From Lepidodermella squamata (Eukaryota > Animalia > Gastrotricha), in contig JBLDXI010000025.1 in the NCBI GenBank assembly GCA_047495785.1, positions 2,170,001-2,234,000 of the forward strand: a stretch of DNA of 64,000 nt, read 5' to 3'. A model generated the notes under the pieces. That model saw only the letters and a program-made list of their open reading frames with translations. It was not told where the DNA came from and searched no databases. Each line of letters opens with the position of its first letter. Within the stretch, counting starts at the first letter, position 1. The position numbers and the translations under genes were made by a program. Of the stretch, positions 50,019 through 60,315 are shown piece after piece.

Positions 50019-51246
50019 ATGAACAAGACAAATTCAACGCTAAATGACCCATCATGCTGGAAGTTGGCCCGAGACGACTCGTTGATCGTCATAATAGGTC
50101 TCGGCTACGTCCTTCCCGTTTTCCACATTCTTGGTTTCATCGGTAACACATTGAGCTTCGCAATTCTTCGCAATTCGCAGTATTTTAAGTCGCCAAGTTA
50201 TGTTTATCTAAAATTTTTGTCTGCGATTCAAATGGCCACTCTAATCGGCCAATGGTTTTGGGTAGTTTTCCTGCTTCATTTCCACGGCGAGGCATGGACT
50301 CACCCAGTTTGGTCCTACTTCATTTGGCCACTCCTAAGCTGGTCGTGTACCCAATCTGTTGTCTTCACCCTTGCTTACACAATTCATCGCTACTTTTTCA
50401 TTCGGCGGAACAAATCTTCGCTTCCAGGACTCGCAGTCTCCAGAGAACGGGAACAGGCTTCTAAAATTTGTTTTGCCTTGATGGCCTTAGTGACAATGCT
50501 GAATTTGCCGAGGATGGTTGCTTTCGGATCAAAACCTCCATCGAAGTGCAGCGGCTACCGCTTCAACAGCATGTTCGACTACTATTTCTACATTTATTCG
50601 ATCGCTCGGTTTTTCGTCTACAACATAGGTGATACCCAAGAATTTTTGTGATGAATTGTCCGTGAAATTGAACTTTCAGGCTGCCTAACTATGCTAGTAA
50701 TCTTCAATTCTCTACTGATTGCTACTGTTGTTAAATCCTATCGGCATCGCCGTCTATTGAGAAACGATACCTTGCGTAATTGTCGCCATCTAAATCAACA
50801 GAACTCTCTCACTTTGATGATCGTTTTCGGAACTATATTCACGGTCCTAGGCGAAATACCGGTAAGATTCGATTCAAAATCACGTTGTTTCCGTGATAAC
50901 AACTTTCTTTCAGGTGATCCTTGTGAATCCCGTGACCGATGTATTGGTTTGGGAAAGGTTCGATGTCATCGGGAAAGAGCTGCTGCGAAAGTTCCTGTAT
51001 TGCGCAATGGTGATGGGATTTCTGGAGTACAGCGCCAATTTCTTGATATACTTCATTGGCAATCGGTTATTTCGACGGGCGCTTCTCGCGGAATTCAGAG
51101 TGACAAAACAATATTTACCTTTTATAAAATGGACTCAATCAGCTACAGCAGGCGACCAGTCGGAAAGTTTCGAGGGACACAAGAAGGAATTAACGCAAAT
51201 TGCGTTCATCGACTCGGAAAATGAAAGTGCTCATGTCTGGAAGTAA
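50019..51246 (+). CDS. Class A GPCR, FMRFamide/myosuppressin/sex-peptide-receptor-like (2 short introns)
   Basis: IGNTLSFAIL..SPSYVYLKFLS, TIHRYFFI, LNLPR, LVIFNSLLI, GEIP and YSANFLIY. The NFxIY TM7 motif is typical of this peptide-receptor group. Confidence 0.85.
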
Positions 51247-51394
51247 CGTGACTTCAAAAGCATAATAAATAGATGACTCATGTACTTATCATTATTCCAA
51301 ATTTATTGTCAAGTTCATCTTTCAAATAACTGTAGCGTACATCAACCTATACACACGCGTATATAGGCGGCGGTGCTGTGGATTCCACGTGAAA

Positions 51395-51781
51395 TCAGTG
51401 ATTTTTCATAATGTCCTGAGCCATTAGCTGAGCCCAGATGTAGAAACTCACTTGATTGTTGCAAATTGCGGCAGATTTCAGCATTTGCACGCATTCCCGC
51501 ATCCTACGCTGCCGAGTGAGCTCACGGACACGAGAGAGCATCAGCATCAAATCGTCTGTTGGACTTTTCGATATCAAGCTATGGGTTTTACTTGCCAGAG
51601 TCTGCAGTAGGTGCTTTCGAACAAGCTGGCTAAGTGTTCTCGTGCGATTACCGAAATCTTTCGATTTTGAGTTGGAGGTTCTCCTTAGGAGGATGGAAGC
51701 AAGTTGTGAATGCCCTTCCGTCACTAAGCTTGTCGCTATTGTAGCAATGAGCAGAAGGCAGCAAAATAGTTTGGCAAACAT
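51395..51781 (-). CDS. Small secreted protein SSP-8
   Basis: Signal peptide; RQRRMRECVQMLKSAAICNNQVSFYIWAQLMAQDIMKNH*. Confidence 0.88.
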   Translation of the reverse strand: MFAKLFCCLLLIATIATSLVTEGHSQLASILLRRTSNSKSKDFGNRTRTLSQLVRKHLLQTLASKTHSLISKSPTDDLMLMLSRVRELTRQRRMRECVQMLKSAAICNNQVSFYIWAQLMAQDIMKNH

Positions 51782-52806
51782 TTTCCACAGCTTATACTTG
51801 CCGTAGAGGATCCGTTAAGTAATTTTGTAGTCGTCTTTGACCAGAGCTAACGCTAACGTAATTTCGTTGTTTACGCTGAAAAGACAAACGCTCATAGTCA
51901 CTTCCGAGAGCGATCTCACTTTGACATTTGGTGAACGTCAGTGCTTTTTCAGGCGTTTACATGCTCCTCGATCACCTCTGACATGCCCAGACGCTCCGTT
52001 ACGAGTACGAAACCGCAATACAGTATTCTCAGACCATAATGAATAATTGATATCAATTGGGTTTGCGAACTTCTCATACTTTCATACTTCACGACAACAT
52101 GTTTTGCGTTTTCTTTCAACAGGAGCTATGGGAATCATGCGCGTGTCCGGTACTTGAAAACATGACCTTTGCCTTTATCTCCGACAACTATCCGACAAAT
52201 TTGACTACGGCTACTATAAATGCCCCTTTATCCCAAACTTAATGAATCGGATCCTTCGAAGCGAGTTCTTTATTGACGTCAACATCGGGATGTTAGGCAC
52301 ATCATTAATCGGTGACGACAATTTTTCAGACAATTTTCATGCGTCCTTGTTTTCTCGCATGAAGCGACTGCGGCAATCGTACCTGAGTTCACATTTTTCT
52401 TAATACAAGTAAAAATATATTCGGCAATGCAGAACTGAAACAAGAATGGCAACCTGTTTAGACTCAATCCTACCGCGATTAGGTTGAAAGCTAAATTTTT
52501 GGACCCTTGAAATGAAACACAAAAGTCTCTTGTTGTTATTGGCGTAATTAGACAAGCGAAATAGATTCGAGGATTGATCATTGTGGGGAAAACAGTTGAC
52601 CCAGACATCCTTCCTGTTCCTACTACATTCTTTCCAAGGTACCGAAAAATATGATCGATAACGATATTCGATAACGCTAAGTTTTATTAAAGAAAAAGTT
52701 GGTAATAGATATATATTAACCAGCAATAATTATATGGAAGGCAATCCCTTTATTCGCCAAGCCACACGTGTTACGTGTTTTCCAACTCTGGACTCTGGAG
52801 TGATCT

Positions 52807-53187
52807 TCAGGCAGATTCCATCATTTTACGAGCCAATATCCGAGCCCAGATGTAGAAACTAGCTTGATTGTTGCAGATTGCCTGCGAGCTGAACTTTTCG
52901 AGACATGCGCGCATCTTCTGCTGCCGAATGTATAGCAAAGCCAACTGGATGATTCTTTCTTCAACCCGACTCAATGTTACCAAGCTGTTAGAATCGGTTG
53001 ATTGTGATCGTGATAGCATTCTCTTTACAATCTGGTTGATCCTGACTAATCTTTCCTTGGCCTGGTGCGGAGATAATTTCGAAGAGATGGAATCTATCGA
53101 ACTTGGAACCTGGTGAGCTCTTACAGCTAGATTCGAAAATAAGATGACAGACGCGAATGCTGTTGAAGAAAGGACGTAGATATTCAT
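52807..53187 (-). CDS. Small secreted protein SSP-9 (type A)
   Basis: MNIYVLSSTAFASVILFSNLAVRA..RQQKMRACLEKFSSQAICNNQASFYIWARILARKMMESA*. Confidence 0.88.
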   Translation of the reverse strand: MNIYVLSSTAFASVILFSNLAVRAHQVPSSIDSISSKLSPHQAKERLVRINQIVKRMLSRSQSTDSNSLVTLSRVEERIIQLALLYIRQQKMRACLEKFSSQAICNNQASFYIWARILARKMMESA

Positions 53188-54258
53188 GATCTCGCGATGA
53201 AAATGAGAGCAACCTATACACCTTAGCACATTTAAGAAGTATAAGCCCCTACAAAGCGTCCGGTAATGTGGCGCGTCATTAAATTTAAAAATAGCGCAAA
53301 AAATCAGCGCCAATTTTTTGAGTCTAGACATTGTTACATTGCGACGTTCCAGGATGCATGTCGTTATTTCATGTCAAGGTATTACTGGTTAATGAAAGAA
53401 TGTCATATTCTGTCATTCAAAATTGACGTATATGGCTAAGTGGTTTATCCATTGTTTACTGCAAACGTTTTGAAACTAATTGGGTTGAGGCTTAAATTCA
53501 ATTTACCTGCGCGAGGTAATGCACTTATCTTTAGCGTGGTATCGGCCTAGTGTGCCACCGCGGCATTCGACTGTTCAGGGATATTTTTTTAACCCATGTT
53601 CGTAATAGGCCTTCGTCATTCATGTGATTCTCAGAATAGAAAAAATGGCGTAATTCTTTTGATGCCCGAAAGAAAGTACTGGGTACCGGATGCAGAACCA
53701 CCTGTCTCCTTAATTATTTCTGCGTGCCTTCGAAGGCAAGACGAAAAATGTTTTCAAAATTTGTACTTGCATGAGGGGCAGAAATAAAAATGTTCCGTTT
53801 TTAGCTTCGGAATTAAAAATATACGAAACTCAGAATAGATTCAGTTTCTATTTTTAGCATCATATATACATGCTTTTACACAGTTTAGTAGTTCTGCATC
53901 ACTTGCATCATTGTACCGTACAAACTTAAAATGTTGTCCGGTAGTCTGGTACAATGATGTCCGCACTTTGGGAAGTTATGGCAGGAGCTTGCTTCAAGCT
54001 CTTCATTCTCTTAAAAATAAGTGCAGCCAACAAAAATGATTGAAATTTATTCATTCGGGATGGATTGTTTGAATTACCCCGTTTCGACCAGGTTAAGGGT
54101 TAAGTATAGCTGAAATAAATAAAAACAAGTAAAATATCTTTTTGATATAGTAAGAAGAAGTAAGACAAGACTCAATAAAAATCATTTATGCGTTTACCAA
54201 TGATATTCAGAGTTTAGGTTGGTTTCCGACAACCAAATGATGGGTCCACGAGCGTTCC

Positions 54259-54639
54259 TCAGGCAAAGCGTTCCATCATGTTCCGAGCCAATACTTGAGC
54301 CAAAATGTAGAAACTAACTTTATTGTTACATATTGCTTTGGAATTGAACTTTTCCATGCATTTGTTCATTTTTTGTTGCCGAAAGTGTTGTCGAACCAAG
54401 TGGATTATATTTTCCTCCACAAGGTTCACTGGTAACAAGCTGTTAGAATTTGCTGATCGCGAAATCATTTTTTCAGCTATCTGTTTGATCCTATCCACTC
54501 GCTTTTTAGGCTGGTATCTAAATGATTTCGTTGCTGTTCTGAAGCCGTCCCCGGAAGCCGAATTGAGGCTAGAGCCAGTCAGATTCGTAAAGACCAAGAT
54601 ACAGGCTAGTGCCGTCAAAGAATTCCAGAAGATATTCAT
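54259..54639 (-). CDS. Small secreted protein SSP-10 (type B)
   Basis: MNIFWNSLTALACILVFTNL..RQQKMNKCMEKFNSKAICNNKVSFYILAQVLARNMMERFA*. Confidence 0.88.
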   Translation of the reverse strand: MNIFWNSLTALACILVFTNLTGSSLNSASGDGFRTATKSFRYQPKKRVDRIKQIAEKMISRSANSNSLLPVNLVEENIIHLVRQHFRQQKMNKCMEKFNSKAICNNKVSFYILAQVLARNMMERFA

Positions 54640-56233
54640 AATCTCTAATTGCAACGAAGTGAGCGACCTGCGATCCTTAGTTATCAGAACATGTCCAATT
54701 GAATAGAGACAGTATGAGGGAGTAAAATCTCAGACAAACAATCGTGTAAAATTACATAAATAGCATCTCTGTGACACGTATGGTGTTGGACTACATTATA
54801 ATATCCAGAACGTCGTCGGCTTATCACGCCGCGCACTGTAAGCAGGTTGATTTTCATAAGTTCATGAATTTGAATGATCATTTCTGTATGTCATTTCGAA
54901 GTGGATTATAGGGGATATCGTCGTTGAATAACTCTTTCGCGCAAGTAAAATAGACCCATTTACTTTTGGCAATTCTATGTGACAAACTGGGAGACTTCAG
55001 CACTACTTTTGCAAGAGGATATTATGATGTTTATGATATTTACTCGCTTAGAGAACCGCCCTTATTAACTTCGATAGGCGACCTTGTGACATGCGGTGTA
55101 AGTTTATGTTTGGTTAGGATATAAATATTTGGGGTTTGTTAGGGTTTGAAATCGTATTGAGACATACTCTCCTGAATATGAACAGTTTTACACGCGCGAC
55201 AAAGGTTTACGTTTTAAATCTTCCTCGATCTTCGATAATTTCCAAGATCCTCTTCCATAAGTCCCAAAACAATTTATTCTCATTTATTCTCCGATCTGGT
55301 CCGGGTGATCCCCCATTCCCTTGAAAGGCGCACACTGTTTTCCAGGACAGAAGAGGCATCCTGCTTTTTTCTAGTACTTACTGGCTAATAGCTAATATAG
55401 TACCGCAACATATTCTGCCACGATTTATCAGACAGAGTGACCTCCGTCTATATCTCCGACACCACTAATTAACCGTGAAGTTTTACTACAGTTACTAAAG
55501 GTCACTTTCCTTTCGTTCTTTATCCCACAATTGCTGAGTCGGATCCTTCAAAGTGTCTTTGAATGATGCCAACATCCTAGTAATTAAGGACAGCGTCAAT
55601 CGTTGAAAGTAATTTTTAAAAGAAACACAATGCTAAAATGTTACTTGTACGTGAAACAACGCATGATCTCCTCGAATCTCTAGTGCTTCTAATGTTATAA
55701 ATTCCCATTGGATAAGGAGCGGTTTCGACGATTAATCACCTGGAATAAATTTGAAGGTAGTTGGCCTCGTTATTGAAAAGTTCTGCGACTATGGCGATCA
55801 GTGGATCGACCTTCAGAAACAAAATGATCCGGCTATTTATTATGTATATAATATATGTATATAATAATAATAATTTCTGTTTCAAAGCGAGCTTTGAGGG
55901 CTAGAAGGGCATCTAGCCGTAGGTCCTTTCGTAAGTGAGTGAGATTTCCGTATGCCGGGATCCGACTGGTGCAGTCTAGTAGTCCTTGTTAATGAAAGTT
56001 AAACTCGAATATTTATTTATTTATTTATTTATTGCTCAGGTCATCTCGTACCGCAAGTAAAGAGCGACAAGGTTATATGAAAAATAGAACTAAATAAAAA
56101 ACAAGTAGTTAAGTGAAGAAGACTACAGTTGATATTGGCACTACATATATTCTAATCAGCAACAGTTTCAAGGTGAGCTCAATTTGCCAGGCCATAATGT
56201 TTGGTTGAAGTGATGCGGACAAGAAAGTGTTCC

Positions 56234-56599
56234 TCAATCAGAACTCATCATTTTTTTAGCCATTATCCGAGCCCAGATGAAGAAGCTCATCTGATTATTG
56301 CAGATTGCTTTGGAGCTGAATTTTTCGAGACAAATGCGCATCTTTCGCTGTCGAATGTACTGGCGGGCCAAATTGATGATTTTTGCCTCAACTTCGTTTG
56401 CTGGTATCACGGTGTTAGAGTTGGCTAATATTAATCGCGACAGCATTTCTCGAAGGATTAGGCTGATCCTAACCAATCTGTCCTTAGCCTGGGATGAATT
56501 CGAGATGGTTGAACCGGGCACTTGGTCAGCTTTTACAGCTAAATTCGAAAAGACGATGATAGACGCAACTACCATCGAAGAAACCACGTAGATATTCAT
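56234..56599 (-). CDS. Small secreted protein SSP-11 (type A)
   Basis: MNIYVVSSMVVASIIVFSNLAVKA..RQRKMRICLEKFSSKAICNNQMSFFIWARIMAKKMMSSD*. Confidence 0.88.
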   Translation of the reverse strand: MNIYVVSSMVVASIIVFSNLAVKADQVPGSTISNSSQAKDRLVRISLILREMLSRLILANSNTVIPANEVEAKIINLARQYIRQRKMRICLEKFSSKAICNNQMSFFIWARIMAKKMMSSD

Positions 56600-58402
56600 G
56601 ATACGGAATTGCTGAATTGAAAAATCCACGATTTGTGAGAATGACAACAAGCCGTCCATCCGGTTTATTTAACAAGAAAAAGCACGTACATATGGTTGTA
56701 GAAGGTGGCGTATTTCAAAATAGCACAACCCCGCCCATGGACTATCGACATTATTCTTGTGCTCGTATTCAGTAAGCATATTGAAAATGTCCTTTTCAAG
56801 TCACGGATGGATAACTGGTTCATTAAATGAAGCCACAAGTTCTTTGCGATTCATGCTAAGTGATTTACTCACGATTTACCGCAAATAGACTCTCGTTTTT
56901 CAAGTTGAAGGATTCAAGGCTCAAATGCAATTTGAGCATCGGACTTTTTATGGGATCTAAAACATTACTTTTCTGTGGAGCGTAAATGGTGTACTCTATC
57001 TGAGTCACTTCCAATGGGCGAAATCGGAAGGTGACATATATCACCTTCAGGGACTTTTTCCGATCTTTAACTGTCTCGGCGGTATCCATCAAGTTAGCCT
57101 CTCCATAATTAAAACAAAGTTCGTTTCCCTCAAATCAATGTCATCTTCCACTGGTTCAATAATTGTTCAAATTTGATTAAATTACAAATGCGTCAAGATT
57201 ACGTCACCTTTTAAGCATCGCGTAAACCATCTGTGGGAATCCTAAATGAATAAAATGATATACATACAGAGTGGGGGTTAACATGTCATTTTCACGATTG
57301 CGTACGAAATATTCAATTCAGGTGTTCAACGCAAACTGTGATTGATGTTTCGCAAAATAATTTAATATCGTAACAAATTTTCGTCCATGTTTCGTTCCAG
57401 TTTAGCTCTACACTTATTAACTATTCCATTAACCTAGTTCAGTGTTCCGATTTTAGCTAAAAATTCGCAATTTTAGTGTTTTTAAATCCCTTTTCTGTTA
57501 TTTTCTATTCCCTTTAGCCAACGGTTCCCATTCGCATTAGAGATTAGAGCCAATTTCACTGATCTGAAATCGGACTGGATGGTTAGAAGGAGACTTGAAA
57601 TTTCTTCCTATTTAGAAAAAAACCAGCCTTGAGATGCTCATTTTGTGCATTTTCAGGGGCGAATCGGAAAAAATCGGCGCCATTGTGATGACATTTCTGG
57701 AAAGTAACATTAATATCCTTCATTCGCGAGTTACGTTTACGCTGAAAGCTGAATCTATTGCAGCCGAAATTCCTTTCCTAATGCAAAACTACGACACTCG
57801 GTCAATTCGTGAAGGCCTTGAGAAAATATGCATGCAAAAACGCAAAAGCGTCTCCAAATTTATGCCGCAGAATATAGTAGGATTTTCAAGTTATTGAGAA
57901 TCCATAGGTATACGGTATACATACTTGTGTAATGGGTCCTGCCGAATCCTGGATTGTGAAAGTGAATTGCAGTGCGCTTTTTTTACACCGAAGATAAAGT
58001 TTCTTCATATAAGTATCAAGCCAGTTAGTACTTAGTATTGAAAAGTGCTGGGGACTACGCAAAATTTACTAAGAAAATAGAATCCAGTGCAATTGGTCTC
58101 AACTTGCTCCAGCAATCGGAATGCTCAAAATTCATGTACATTTATTTGATTTATTTATTTGTTTGATTGTTGTATCAACTTGCTTCGATCACCTGCGAAT
58201 AAATTAACAATTAAAATGAAAAACCTCAAATTGCCCACATCAAAGTTTAAGAAATTCAAGCTAAAGATATTTAGTGCAAAAACCTCAGAAATACCTGCGT
58301 TAAGAAGTAAGATGAGACTACAATGAAACTTGAAACTCGACTATACGTTTTGCAATTATATCGCTTAGAGTTTAGCTATAGGTTTACAACGATGGCGATG
58401 GT

Positions 58403-58786
58403 TTAGGCTAATTCCATTAATTTCCGAGCCAATATCTGAGCCCGGATGTAGAAACGAACTTCATTGTTACATATTGCTTTGGAAGAGAACTTTTCGATGC
58501 ATTTGATCATCTTTTGTTGTCGAACGTATTTTCGAACCAAATAGATAATTCTTTCCTCGAAACGGGTTAACGATATCAAGTCATTTGAAGTAGCTGATCG
58601 CGAAACCATTTTTTCAGCAACCTGCTTGATTCTGTCCACTCGATCTCCAGGCTGGTGGGTAGATGATTTCGTTCTTGTGCTGGAGCCGTCCTCGAAGGCC
58701 ATTGAAGCTGGAGCTTGGTCGGTCGTTATAGCCAGATTCGTAAAGATGATGATAACTGCCGTCAAATAACATAAGAAGTTTTTCAT
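58403..58786 (-). CDS. Small secreted protein SSP-12 (type B)
   Basis: MKNFLCYLTAVIIIFTNLAIT..RQQKMIKCIEKFSSKAICNNEVRFYIRAQILARKLMELA*. Confidence 0.88.
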   Translation of the reverse strand: MKNFLCYLTAVIIIFTNLAITTDQAPASMAFEDGSSTRTKSSTHQPGDRVDRIKQVAEKMVSRSATSNDLISLTRFEERIIYLVRKYVRQQKMIKCIEKFSSKAICNNEVRFYIRAQILARKLMELA

Positions 58787-59940
58787 GATCTCAAATTGCA
58801 AGAAAAATGAATGATCTGAGATTCTCCGAAATTGGAAATCAGAACATGCAATGCATATCCAATTTAATCAGAGAGTAAAACTCAGACAACAAATCGTGGA
58901 ATGCGTGGATGGGTTTAAAAGCTAACGCCAAATTTGGTGTAGGAGTACATTACCTTTCAGATCGGCTTATGTTTCCGCGGACAGAAATGTCGCGCCATCT
59001 ATTTCAATCGTTATTCTTACTTTCATTTGGAAATAGATTATAGGGGATATCGCCGAAATGTATGTAAGGAAATACAGGTGACCCTAGTGTTAATCCTGTG
59101 ACTGACTTGCATATTTCGGATGCGACTCTCAGGAGATGCAAGTGAATCTGAAATGAGAATTCGATCATTTGCAGCGTCGAACCCCTGGAAACAAGTGTTG
59201 TTTCCATTAATTTTATTTTGAATTCTGACTTAAACAACCCGATACGTATACTCTTGCTTTTTTCAGCAAAGTAAAGGCATTCACCATCTGTCAAGTACTA
59301 CTAATAAACCCCACAGCAAATTGTCGGAGGGAGTGACCTCTCTATCTACATACCTGCGAAATGGCTATAATTCTCCGACAAATTTCGCTACGGTTTTCCT
59401 AAATGTCACTATCCTAGATCGCTCTTTATCCCACACTTGACCATTCGGATCCATCAAAATATGTGTAATTAATCTTGCATAACTTTTGGAAAGAAGGGAA
59501 ATGTTTTGATTCAAGAGAAATTCCGCGACTGAGGTTAACTTTCTTAGGAAAATGATCTGGCTATTAATAGCAATAGAAAATGGGTCATAGGCAGTAAGAT
59601 TCAAATCCAATTGTCACTTATCGACATGCGCCGACGAAGCTGATAAGAAGAATGACAGATTTGTGGAGATTCTTGAAATGAAACTCATGATTTTATTTTT
59701 TGCTCAAATTAAAAAGGAAACAAATCATTGATAAATGCATGAAGAAAATTGCTAACGAAAGTTTACAGCTTTTAGATGTCCTTTATTTCTCAGGGCATCG
59801 TGTACCACAAGTTAAGGCTATTCGTAATAAAACTAAATCAGAAACTAGTGAAGACCACAGTTTATAGTGACACTATATTATTTTACGATAAACAATTCAA
59901 TTTGCCAGGCCTTGTTTGGTGATGAATCCAAAAGGGTTCT

Positions 59941-60315
59941 TCAGGCAGAAATCATCATTTGTTGAGCCATTAGCCGAGCCCAGATGAAGAAACTCACCTG
60001 GTTGTTACAAATTGCTTTGGAACTGAACTTTTCGAGACAAATGCGCATCTTTCGCTGTCGAATGTATTGGCGGACCAGATTGATGATTCTTTCCTCAATT
60101 TCGTTTGTTGGCATCATGGTATTGGAATTGGCTGAGACTGATCGGGACAACATTTCTCGAAGAATTTGGTTGATCTTCAGCAGCCTATTCTGGGCCTGCA
60201 ATGATTTCGGTATGGTGTAGCCAATCGAACCTGGCACTTGGTCAGCTGTTACAGCTAGGTTCGAAACGATGATGATGAAAGCAACTAGTGTTGAAGAAAA
60301 CACGTAGATATTCAT
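59941..60315 (-). CDS. Small secreted protein SSP-13 (type A)
   Basis: MNIYVFSSTLVAFIIIVSNLAVTA..RQRKMRICLEKFSSKAICNNQVSFFIWARLMAQQMMISA*. Confidence 0.88.
   Translation of the reverse strand: MNIYVFSSTLVAFIIIVSNLAVTADQVPGSIGYTIPKSLQAQNRLLKINQILREMLSRSVSANSNTMMPTNEIEERIINLVRQYIRQRKMRICLEKFSSKAICNNQVSFFIWARLMAQQMMISA

Noticed and set aside
51456-60220. Recurrent plus-strand ORFs starting MLQIA.ELNFS
   Set aside because: Antisense shadows of the SSP genes; their similarity simply mirrors the sense-strand paralogy.
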